A DNA stretch of 11,403 bases from positions 1 to 11,403 of the forward strand of contig JAJPCT020000015.1 in NCBI GenBank assembly GCA_021323375.2. Reading direction: 5' to 3'. This DNA comes from Candidatus Wolframiiraptor gerlachensis. GTDB lineage: Archaea > Thermoproteota > Nitrososphaeria_A > Caldarchaeales > Wolframiiraptoraceae. Numbering within the stretch: the stretch's first letter is position 1; every line of letters begins with the position of its first letter. Positions 1 through 7,531 of the stretch are shown here, piece after piece. The notes beneath the pieces were generated by a model that worked only from the letters and a program-made list of their open reading frames with translations, was not told where the DNA came from and did not search any database. A program made the translations under genes and the position numbers.

Positions 1-1
1 C

Positions 2-925
2 TTCGAGCTAGAAGCAAGCCCCGCGGACATAACTTTAGAAAGAGGAGGCTCCGCTGCTATTACATTAAAGCTTAAGGCGGCATTACTCGAGACCCCGGAA
101 AGCGGGGTGATACTGATTGTGGCAGACACAAGCGGATGCAAAATGACTAACATTACTACGGTGACGCGTGCGGCTAACATAACATACAGCACGACAGCAG
201 TAATTGGAGGAAGGGCAGTAGGAACAGTAACAATATGCACAAACATGTTTATTTGGTGTTTAGGCTGGACCACAATCACGTATGTTGCTGACCCAGCGAT
301 AATGACATTGGCTAATGCGAGCGTCGTCTATACAATCGAGACCTCAACAAGGATTAACAATTTTGTCGCGCAGCCGGAGCCTATCACCATAACACTCACG
401 ACCAGAACCAGAGCGACGATAACAAAGACGGTGACTTTGGATGCTATAAGTCTTGATTATTGGGATGAGTCCGCGGGATGTTATGTTTGGTTTAGGGTCC
501 TAAATGCAACGAGTGGAAGCAGGCTAGCAGAAGCAGGAGTAAGAGTGGCGGCGGTAACAGCAACGGCCATTACCACGACCACGGAAACAACAGCTCCAGT
601 ATCATATGTAGAGATAAACGTCATACAAGAGAGTGTTAGCGGCGGATTTAATGACGATAGGTCTGTGAATATAGAAGTTATAAGTCGTAATGGGTACGAG
701 GGAATAGTTACTCTTTCCTTCTCCGAAAGTGACGACGTTATTCATGTTCCTGAAGGTGCGGGCTGGGGCTTTGATGAAAATCCAGTTACACTTTCAGCAG
801 GAGAAACTAAGCTGGTGAATTTCAGGTTTAGAATTAGGGGTAGTGGGACAGTAACTATAAGTGGTTCTGCCAGCCCTTCAGCAATCGTCATACCAGACCA
901 ATTCACCGTAATTATTCAAACTTAG
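2..925 (+). CDS. Partial (5'-truncated) secreted/cell-surface protein with Thr-rich linkers and Ig-like beta-sandwich repeats
   Basis: The frame of ORF 107..925 stays open back to base 2 (FELEASPADITLERGGSAAITLKL...), so the gene starts left of the window. It has Thr-rich runs (TATAITTTTETT) and a C-terminal segment (SRNGYEGIVTLSF...NPVTLSAGET...VTISG) resembling archaeal Ig-like surface-protein repeats. Confidence 0.65.
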   Translation, partial: FELEASPADITLERGGSAAITLKLKAALLETPESGVILIVADTSGCKMTNITTVTRAANITYSTTAVIGGRAVGTVTICTNMFIWCLGWTTITYVADPAIMTLANASVVYTIETSTRINNFVAQPEPITITLTTRTRATITKTVTLDAISLDYWDESAGCYVWFRVLNATSGSRLAEAGVRVAAVTATAITTTTETTAPVSYVEINVIQESVSGGFNDDRSVNIEVISRNGYEGIVTLSFSESDDVIHVPEGAGWGFDENPVTLSAGETKLVNFRFRIRGSGTVTISGSASPSAIVIPDQFTVIIQT

Positions 926-988
926 CCAGTGCAGTGAACCCAGAAAAAGCTATTTGAGTAACTTAATTCGTTATCAGTGGATGCGGCT

Positions 989-1201
989 ATGTCTCAGAGG
1001 ATTTGTAAGATGGAGGAGAATTTGAGGAACTGCCTATGCACTTGGGAGCCATGTCCGCGTAAGGGGGTCTGCTGCGAGTGCCTGAGATACCACTGGAGCC
1101 ATCGAGAGCTCCCAGCATGCTTCTTCCCACCAGAGATCGAGAGGACCTATGACCGCTCCCTGAAAAGATTCATCGAATACTGGAGCAAGAAAGTCAAGTA
1201 G
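989..1201 (+). CDS. Small Cys-rich protein, DUF6485-like (probable metal binding)
   Basis: Motif NCLCTWEPCPRKGVCCECLRYH...ELPACFFP...TYDRS is typical of this family. ATG at 989 is preferred over GTG at 977. Confidence 0.75.
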   Translation: MSQRICKMEENLRNCLCTWEPCPRKGVCCECLRYHWSHRELPACFFPPEIERTYDRSLKRFIEYWSKKVK

Positions 1202-1228
1202 CCGACACGAGGAAAATGCCGACTCATC

Positions 1229-2020
1229 TCATCTTACTTTTGGTATTGGTGGTAGACCGCGCTTATGCTCATTCGCCCTAACCCTATCAACTATCATCCT
1301 TATCTTATCCCTGCTGATCCCGGTCATCTTGGCGACCTCGCCGAGCGGCATCCCGCGCTCAAAATGGAGGTAAAGCACCTGATCGATCTCATCATATCTC
1401 GCGCCTAGCTCATCCTCGGCAAGCTGCCCCGGCAATAGCCTCGGGCTACTCGGCTTCTCCGCGATCCTTGATGGTAGGCCGAGAATCTTTGCAAGCCTCC
1501 TGACCTGCGTCTTATAGATGTCACCGAGGGGCAGGATATCCGCCGCGCCATCACCATACTTCGTGAAGTATCCCAGCATTATCTCGCTCTTATCACTCGA
1601 TCCGCAGACGAGAAGCCGCTTAAGATTCGCGTAATAATAGAGGATCACCATCCTTATCCTCGCCCTCAGGTTCGCGTTCGCGGTATCAGCACCCTCGCTA
1701 TAAAAGCTCATGACACGGGAGAAGCAGTCATAGACCTCATCTATCGGGATGACGTGATATTCTATCCCGAGCATCTCGGCAAGCATCCTAGCATCCTCAA
1801 CATCCTCCATCGGGGTAACCCTGCTATCGGGCATGAGGAGGCCGTGAACCCTGCTTGGCCCAAGAGCCCTAACCGCGAGAGCACATGCGACCGATGAATC
1901 GAGGCCGCCACTCAGCCCAATCACCACGCCACCCATCCCAGAAACCCTAACATAGGATCTAAGAAACTCCGTAACCCTTTCAATCGCGAGTTCGGCGTCA
2001 AACGGTATGGTCAAGGCCAC
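1229..2020 (-). CDS. nadE: NH3-dependent NAD+ synthetase
   Basis: Contains GLSGGLDS ATP-pyrophosphatase loop, NLRARIRM, GYFTKYGDG, DIYKTQV and KPSSPRL, with no glutaminase domain. Start is uncertain (2056, 2020 or 2014); a T-rich box near 2040-2046 favours 2020 or 2014. Confidence 0.95.
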   Translation of the reverse strand: MALTIPFDAELAIERVTEFLRSYVRVSGMGGVVIGLSGGLDSSVACALAVRALGPSRVHGLLMPDSRVTPMEDVEDARMLAEMLGIEYHVIPIDEVYDCFSRVMSFYSEGADTANANLRARIRMVILYYYANLKRLLVCGSSDKSEIMLGYFTKYGDGAADILPLGDIYKTQVRRLAKILGLPSRIAEKPSSPRLLPGQLAEDELGARYDEIDQVLYLHFERGMPLGEVAKMTGISRDKIRMIVDRVRANEHKRGLPPIPKVR

Positions 2021-2117
2021 CCGAACCCCCACAAAAACCCTAAAAACCCTCCTCAAAACAATATCGAGACAGGCGGCCTCCTGCAGACAAGAAGCTATTC
2101 GAGATTCACATAGCTTA

Positions 2118-2150
2118 AGGATGGAAAAGGAGGGGATAAAGGGGGATGAT
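2118..2150 (-). terminator. Pyrimidine-rich tract, probable terminator of the island transcript
   Basis: Minus strand reads ATCATCCCCCTTTATCCCCTCCTTTTCCATCC immediately after the closing stem of the structured RNA. Archaeal terminators are typically pyrimidine/U-rich. Confidence 0.45.
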
Positions 2151-2282
2151 TGGCCGACGAGCTATCGTAGCCGGCCCGGCGGGAACTAACCTTCCAAACC
2201 ACCGTGGATCCATGAACCATGGATCCACAGCGGGAGCGTCCTTCTAACCACCGGCCCTCCGGCTTTTACTGCCCGCCGGCCA
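2151..2282 (-). ncRNA. Structured RNA with a single bridge-RNA/tigRNA-like two-guide internal loop
   Basis: Four nested stems on the minus strand: 2282-2271/2162-2151 (12 bp), 2264-2259/2174-2169 (6 bp), 2254-2248/2182-2176 (7 bp) and 2233-2218/2214-2199 (16 bp, GUU loop). Five pairs are G-U on the minus strand and would be A-C mismatches on plus, which fixes the strand. The last two stems enclose a 14x16-nt loop whose strands are both framed GGTGG-TT-[guide]-..C-CCGC. It lies directly downstream of the IS110-like ORF. Confidence 0.8.
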
Positions 2283-2919
2283 GCATATATCGTCTTTGCT
2301 GCCATGACTTCTTTAAAACTCTTAGTATCTTTATTTCAAGTGTGCGAAGACCTTTATTATTGTTAATTACTTCCTTAAGTAACTCAGTTTTGTTAAAGCG
2401 TTTGCTATTGAGATAGAGATTTACTGCAAGTCTTGAAAGATATTCGCGTAGCTTGTGATTATAGCAGTTATTATCTTTGTATGGTGCTAGGCCCAATAGG
2501 CCTTTCAGCCTTCTAAGCTTCCAATTTAACGGTAATCTTGCCACTAGTATCGCGACCTCAACACTATCCTTGACTCCTATCATATCGCATGCCAGCCTAT
2601 ATATCGTCGCGTAGTTCTCATCATTTTTAATTTCCTTGATTATCTTACGGCCATGGTGTTCGGCTAAGGAGCGAAGCCTTCTAGCACACTCCTTGAAGGG
2701 ATCCGGACAGATCCGCATCCATTGCTGGACAGTCTTCCTCCATTTAACATACCTCTCATACTCTCCGATTAATCTCAATAGGTTTAACTCTCTTAATGTA
2801 AGCTGTTTGAAGTGATTTCTCGGGATCATGCTCAGGAGTTTTGCATCGACCTCATCAGACTTCTTAACCCTATTCTCCTCTGCTGGGATGGCGGTATCAA
2901 TAAAAAATATTCTACTCAT
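2266..2919 (-). CDS. Compact IS110-family/Tas-like protein (partial DEDD RuvC motif, helical linker, Tnp_20/Nop-like C-terminal domain); possibly internally deleted
   Basis: KSDEVDAKLL matches IS110 K-T/S-D-x-x-D-A. LLGLAP...YNHKLREYL matches GLxP...GNxxLR. ATG 2919 follows a GGAGGTGA ribosome-binding site and overlaps the upstream ORF end. The region is visibly more AT-rich than the flanking core genes. Confidence 0.65.
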   Translation of the reverse strand: MSRIFFIDTAIPAEENRVKKSDEVDAKLLSMIPRNHFKQLTLRELNLLRLIGEYERYVKWRKTVQQWMRICPDPFKECARRLRSLAEHHGRKIIKEIKNDENYATIYRLACDMIGVKDSVEVAILVARLPLNWKLRRLKGLLGLAPYKDNNCYNHKLREYLSRLAVNLYLNSKRFNKTELLKEVINNNKGLRTLEIKILRVLKKSWQQRRYMLAGGQ

Positions 2920-3100
2920 GGTCCTCAATCACCTCCTTAAGTTCGTCGCATAGTGTTTTCATCGTTGATTCTCTGATAAATTTCCTAAATGTCTTGGCGA
3001 AATCCTCGATCGTGCCAAGATCCTCGAGGACAAATATCCTGGCTAAGACCCTAGGCAACCGCATCCCCACATATCCCGATACAGCCCCTCCCTTATTCAT
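2912..3100 (-). CDS. Small putative ribbon-helix-helix (CopG-like) DNA-binding protein
   Basis: Only the C-terminal part of ORF 2912..3328 looks protein-like: SGYVGMRLPRVLARIF...TIEDFAKTFRKFIRE fits a beta-strand/helix/helix pattern. It is coupled to the IS110-like ORF (ATGAGTAG overlap). Start is 3100 or 3064. Confidence 0.4.
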   Translation of the reverse strand: MNKGGAVSGYVGMRLPRVLARIFVLEDLGTIEDFAKTFRKFIRESTMKTLCDELKEVIEDHE

Positions 3101-3142
3101 TGAGGGCCATCCCGAAAATGAAGGCCCCCTATCTTGAGGGGG

Positions 3143-3451
3143 GTGAGGTGTCTGGGCTGGGACGAGGAGAGATACGAGATCAGGCATAATGTGGATAAGA
3201 AGGATGAGTAAAAAGATGGAGGTGTGTAAGAGGATTTTCCCGGAGAGTATGAGCGGGATAGACCCGGAGAAGAGGAATATATTAACTATGACGAGAGGGC
3301 TACCGGAGGGGGGAGCCTGATCCGTCATAGTATCTTGAGCCTAGGTGAATTGGAGAAGGCTGCGGAGAGATATTATGTCAGGAAGGCTATCAACGAGATA
3401 CTAGACTACATCATGACCATCGCACTAAACGCTCTCCCAAGAAAGCAGTAA
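3143..3451 (+). pseudogene. Probable decayed plus-strand gene
   Basis: Purine-rich plus strand. Protein-like fragments in two frames (MEVCKRIFPESMSGIDPEKRNILTM; LSLGELEKAAERYYVRKAINEILDYIMTIALNALPRKQ*) end 9 nt before the next ATG (3461) and are interrupted by stops or a frameshift. Confidence 0.35.
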
Positions 3452-3460
3452 GGGGAGGGG

Positions 3461-3745
3461 ATGGATGCTAGGATGATTGTCCTAGCACCAGTCGATGGAG
3501 ACCCTAGGATTCAGGAGTTCGCCTTAAGGCCCCTAATAATCACGACGATTGATAGGAAGGGTAAGATCAAGAAATTCCTGCATATTGAGAAGCATGAGGC
3601 CGCATGTGATCTATGCAGAGGTCTTATAGCCCTTATGAGGAGGAAGCTTGGGGAACGGACTAGGGGTTGTGCAATTATTATGAATGGCCGGCTAGTCCAG
3701 ATAATATGCAGGGAGTGTAGAAAACGGTTCTGGGTGTGGGCTTAA
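3461..3745 (+). CDS. Small hypothetical protein with two CxxC pairs (putative Zn ribbon)
   Basis: CDLC...CREC motifs; G-rich RBS-like GGGGAGGGG directly upstream of the ATG. Confidence 0.6.
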   Translation: MDARMIVLAPVDGDPRIQEFALRPLIITTIDRKGKIKKFLHIEKHEAACDLCRGLIALMRRKLGERTRGCAIIMNGRLVQIICRECRKRFWVWA

Positions 3746-3864
3746 TGAGTATGGATGTCTTGAGGATTCTTGAAGGAGTATGGTAGGTGAAAGGCGGAGG
3801 CTCTTACCACTTATGGACTGGGTAGCGGGAGGAAGCAAAGCTAGGTAAGGGGGTCACGGATAAG

Positions 3865-4068
3865 TTGAAGAGGATGGGGTTCAGGATACCTACCATGTTA
3901 GAGATCTGGGATGAGCATTGTATCGAGAAGAACATCTATTTCATAGACTCGTCGGATAGGATCTATGTGGCAAGATTAAGATGGAGATGTGCTGTCTTGA
4001 AGGCCGCAGAAGGGGAAACACTAAAAGAATACTACCTCGAGACAGCCGAGATAAAAGGGGGATACTAA
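3865..4068 (+). CDS. Hypothetical protein or gene fragment
   Basis: 67-aa ORF, co-oriented with the upstream ORF, TTG start, no recognisable motif. Confidence 0.3.
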   Translation: MKRMGFRIPTMLEIWDEHCIEKNIYFIDSSDRIYVARLRWRCAVLKAAEGETLKEYYLETAEIKGGY

Positions 4069-4097
4069 AACCTCGCGTTTATTGGGTAGCAGTCCTC

Positions 4098-4112
4098 ATA
4101 AATCTTAAAATA
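4098..4112 (+). promoter_or_regulatory. Putative BRE/TATA promoter of the tRNA gene
   Basis: ATAAATC-TTAAAATA, with the TATA-like box at 4105-4112, about 26-33 nt upstream of tRNA G1 (4138). Confidence 0.6.
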
Positions 4113-4137
4113 AAGCATCATTAGATTCATTATTTGA

Positions 4138-4276
<139 letters not shown>

Positions 4277-4308
4277 TCTTAAAAACACCCCACCAGCATG
4301 GAATAATT

Positions 4309-5568
4309 GTGAAGGGGGCATGTCTTCTCTTAGAGATGTTTTCCGACATCTTTGGCTTGGGATCGGGTGTCGTGGTGGTCTCGGCCCCGGGTAGGGCGGA
4401 CTTCCTGAATACTCACCAGGATTATAAGGGGCTTCCCGTGGTCCCGGTTGCTGTTCGCCTCAGATGCTATGCTGTGGGCGCGTTGAATAATTCTAGGATG
4501 GTGAGAGTTGCGAGCCTGAACCTGAAGGAGATGGGTGAGGATTATCGAGACGAGTTTAGCCTTGATGATTTGAGGCTCGTTGGTGGGGGATGGTTTGGCG
4601 ACTATGTGAGGGCTGTGATGAAATCGATCATGGATCAAGGTCATCATTTAGATGGGATGGATATCGTGATCTGGAGCGAGGTCCCGGTGGGCGCCGGCCT
4701 ATCCAGTAGCGCTTCTCTCGAGATCTCGATCGCCAAGCTCGCATCCGAGCTATGCGGCCTAAACCTTGACAGGAGGAGCTTAGCCGAGATAGGGTATAGG
4801 GCTGAGCATGATATCATGGGGATACCATGCGGCAGGCTGGATCAGTATGCATCGGCCTTCGGGGGCGTAATAGTGCTCGAAACGAGGCCGCCATTCAAGG
4901 TCGAGAAGTTTGAGGCCAGAGACCTGACATTCGTGATCACGGACTCGGGCGAGCATCGCAGGATAATCTCAGTCCACCCAATAAGACAAAGCGAGATAAA
5001 TGAGGTTCTCAGGATATTGATTGAGGAGGTTAAGCCCCCGCACGAGATCATGCAGCACCTCGCTCACAACTATTATGAGACAAGATGGGAGTATCTCGTT
5101 GACTTACTGGAACCCTACCTTGAAACAGTCCAGAAGAGGTTCGCCGACAGGATAAGATTCACGCTAAGGATGCATAAGTCGACGCTATACGCGATAGAGC
5201 TTCTTAGGGGCGCTAGGCCGAGTAGGGAGGGCTTCATCAAAGCGGTTGGCGAGGATTTCGCGAGAGAACATATGATAGACTTCTCGGACAGGCTCCAGGT
5301 GATCGGCGCGATAATGAACTATCAGCATATATTGCTTAGGGACTTGTATGAGGTCAGCACTCCGAGGCTGGAGGATCTTAGGGACACGCTCTTAGAGGCT
5401 GGGGCGCTTGGCGCGAAGATCTCTGGAGCAGGTATGGGCGGGGCAATAATAGCTTTAGCCAGGGATATTGAGTCTGGTGAGGCCATAAAGAGAGCATGCG
5501 CTAAGAAGGGCTACACCTCAGCCTGGGTCTCAACACCAGATGAGGGGGCTAGAATAGAAACACCCTAA
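4309..5568 (+). CDS. galK: Galactokinase-like GHMP kinase
   Basis: Contains SAPGRADFLNTHQDY (variant of GRVNLIGEHTDY), PVGAGLSSSA, CGRLDQY and GAKISGAGMGG, and lies next to galE and galT. The track start at 4231 is inside the tRNA; the real start is GTG 4309 (about 30 nt after TTAAAAA at 4279, leaderless) or ATG 4336. Confidence 0.8.
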   Translation: MKGACLLLEMFSDIFGLGSGVVVVSAPGRADFLNTHQDYKGLPVVPVAVRLRCYAVGALNNSRMVRVASLNLKEMGEDYRDEFSLDDLRLVGGGWFGDYVRAVMKSIMDQGHHLDGMDIVIWSEVPVGAGLSSSASLEISIAKLASELCGLNLDRRSLAEIGYRAEHDIMGIPCGRLDQYASAFGGVIVLETRPPFKVEKFEARDLTFVITDSGEHRRIISVHPIRQSEINEVLRILIEEVKPPHEIMQHLAHNYYETRWEYLVDLLEPYLETVQKRFADRIRFTLRMHKSTLYAIELLRGARPSREGFIKAVGEDFAREHMIDFSDRLQVIGAIMNYQHILLRDLYEVSTPRLEDLRDTLLEAGALGAKISGAGMGGAIIALARDIESGEAIKRACAKKGYTSAWVSTPDEGARIETP

Positions 5569-5597
5569 TTCACGATTCTTGTGGAGATGGTGGGGCG

Positions 5598-6545
5598 GTG
5601 GCGGGTTTGAGGGTTCTCGTAACCGGGGGTGCGGGCTTCATCGGAAGCCATCTCGTAGACGCTCTCATGAAGTCGGGATATGAGGTCAGGGTCGTTGATA
5701 ATCTCAGCCAAGGAAGGATCGAGAATATCTCAAGGTGGATGGGGAGACCGGGCTTCGAGTTCATAAAGGGAGACGTGACTGACGAGGATCTAATGCGGGA
5801 GGCGGCCAAGTCCTGCGACGCCGTCTTCCATCTTGCGGCGAACCCTGAGGTTAGACTTGGAGATCCGAGAATACATTATAAAGGGAATGTTCACGCAACT
5901 TATGTTGTCCTCGAGGCGATGAGGGCTAATGATGTGAGGAAGATAGTGTTTACATCATCCTCAACAGTTTATGGTGAGGCGAGGATAATGCCGACCCCGG
6001 AGGACTACTCCCCACTCCTCCCGATATCCATGTATGGCGCCTGTAAGCTCGCGAGCGAGGCTCTTATCACAGGATACTGTATGATGTATGATATGGGGGC
6101 TGTGATACTGAGACTCGCAAACATCGTTGGATCACGGGCGCAGCATGGCGTCATAGTAGACTTCATCAGGAAGCTTCGCTCAAATCCAAGAAGGCTCGAG
6201 GTTCTCGGGGATGGGGAGCAGACCAAGTCATATCTCCTTGTCGAGGATTGTGTGGAGGCGATTCTAAGGGCTTTTGAGAACCTTGACAGCGGCGTCGAGA
6301 TCTATAACATAGGATCGGAGGATGCGATAAACGTGAAGACGATAGCGCGGATAGTTATCGAGGAGCTTGGTCTCGAGGATGTCGAGATAGTCTATACAGG
6401 CGGGATTGAGGGGAGAGGCTGGAGGGGCGATGTGAGGAGAATGCTCCTCGACATATCCAAGATTAAGAATTTAGGTTGGAGGCCGAGGCATAATAGCGCC
6501 GAGTCCGTGAGGCTGGCAACGAGAGTACTGAAGGAGGAGCTTTAG
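5598..6545 (+). CDS. galE: NAD-dependent epimerase/dehydratase, probably UDP-glucose 4-epimerase
   Basis: TGGAGFIG Rossmann motif, HLAA, FTSSSTVYG and YGACK (YxxxK); located between the galK-like gene and galT. Confidence 0.85.
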   Translation: MAGLRVLVTGGAGFIGSHLVDALMKSGYEVRVVDNLSQGRIENISRWMGRPGFEFIKGDVTDEDLMREAAKSCDAVFHLAANPEVRLGDPRIHYKGNVHATYVVLEAMRANDVRKIVFTSSSTVYGEARIMPTPEDYSPLLPISMYGACKLASEALITGYCMMYDMGAVILRLANIVGSRAQHGVIVDFIRKLRSNPRRLEVLGDGEQTKSYLLVEDCVEAILRAFENLDSGVEIYNIGSEDAINVKTIARIVIEELGLEDVEIVYTGGIEGRGWRGDVRRMLLDISKIKNLGWRPRHNSAESVRLATRVLKEEL

Positions 6546-6547
6546 CA

Positions 6548-7531
6548 ATGTCGCATGAGCTTAGATGGAACCCGCTCCTGAGATGCTGGACGATAGTTGC
6601 TGGCCGGAGGATCAAGAGACCTTGGAGATCTGGTGAGTGCCCATTCTGCCCTGGCGGAGAAGAGACGATGGGCTCATGGAAAGTTCTCGCCCTCCCGAAC
6701 AAATATCCAGCACTCTCGCCAAGTGCTCCAGAGGTATTCGGGGATAACATATTTGGCAGAGCAAGGGCCCTCGGAGAGTGCGAGGTGATCATCGAGGCGC
6801 CTCAACATGAGGGTGACTTCCCCGACTTCCCCCTAGACCAAGTGACCCTCTACATAGAATTACTGGCTGAGAGGACAAGTATCCTGAGCGCGAAGCCCTA
6901 TATCAAGTGCGTGATACCATTCAAGAATAAGGGGGCGTTGATAGGGGTCTCGCTAACTCATCCCCATAGCCAGATTTACGCGCTCCCATTTATACCTCCT
7001 AGGATAGCGAGAGAGCTGGAGTCAGCCGAGAACTATTGGAAAGAGCATGGTAGAAGCATATTCGACGACATACTAGCGAGGGAACTCGAGGAGGGATCTA
7101 GGACGATCTACGAGAACGACTCGTTTATAATCTTCATGCCATTCTTCGTGATGTGGCCATATGAAATGCATATATATCCAAAGATCGGCGCCGCATCCCT
7201 CCCAGAACTCGGCCGCGCGGATCAGGAGATGCTCGCGGACGCGATAAGGGTGGCGGTCAAGATCTATGAGGAGATGTTCGGCAGGGACTGCGCATATATG
7301 ATGATATTCCACCAGGCTCCATCCGACGGCGAATACCCATATTATAGGCTCCACGTGGAGTTCTATACGCCCCACTTCACGAGCGATAGGATCAAGTATG
7401 CTGCGGGGATAGAGTGGGGTGCCTGGGTCTTCACATATGATGGAGTGCCGGAGGAGAGGGCTGGAGAGCTTAGGGCAGCGGCGAGAAGAGCGCTTGAGAA
7501 GCTGGATCATCTAGGTGGAGTTCTCGGCTGA
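6548..7531 (+). CDS. galT: Galactose-1-phosphate uridylyltransferase
   Basis: ELRWNPL...R..RP, CPFCPG, NKYPAL and the catalytic SLTHPHSQIY (HPH) motif. Confidence 0.93.
   Translation: MSHELRWNPLLRCWTIVAGRRIKRPWRSGECPFCPGGEETMGSWKVLALPNKYPALSPSAPEVFGDNIFGRARALGECEVIIEAPQHEGDFPDFPLDQVTLYIELLAERTSILSAKPYIKCVIPFKNKGALIGVSLTHPHSQIYALPFIPPRIARELESAENYWKEHGRSIFDDILARELEEGSRTIYENDSFIIFMPFFVMWPYEMHIYPKIGAASLPELGRADQEMLADAIRVAVKIYEEMFGRDCAYMMIFHQAPSDGEYPYYRLHVEFYTPHFTSDRIKYAAGIEWGAWVFTYDGVPEERAGELRAAARRALEKLDHLGGVLG

Larger units (their letters stand above)
2118..4080. mobile_element. Accessory island / degenerate mobile element between nadE and tRNA-Gly
   Basis: IS110-like gene plus ncRNA, RHH-like gene and short orphan or broken ORFs sit next to a tRNA gene. 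No att repeats or terminal repeats were found, so boundaries are approximate. Confidence 0.55.

Noticed and set aside
2073-2078. GCGGCC as an att-site copy of the tRNA 5' end
   Set aside because: Only 6 nt match, as expected by chance; no longer tRNA fragment, terminal inverted repeat or target duplication was found.
2092-2116. Inverted repeat AAGCTAT-N11-ATAGCTT upstream of nadE
   Set aside because: The 7-bp arms could be an operator or island edge, but there is no supporting evidence.
2180-2253. Direct repeat pair as a mini CRISPR or multi-unit TIGR array
   Set aside because: Only two imperfect units and no cas genes; better explained as the two halves of one symmetric RNA loop.
2007-2416. 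Plus-strand ORFs 2007..2189 and 2219..2416
   Set aside because: They are antisense to nadE, the ncRNA and the IS110-like gene, and show no protein-like motifs.
3101-3328. N-terminal extension of ORF 2912..3328 with an apparent hydrophobic stretch
   Set aside because: Likely a shadow of the purine-rich plus-strand pseudogene; only the last ~60 aa look real.
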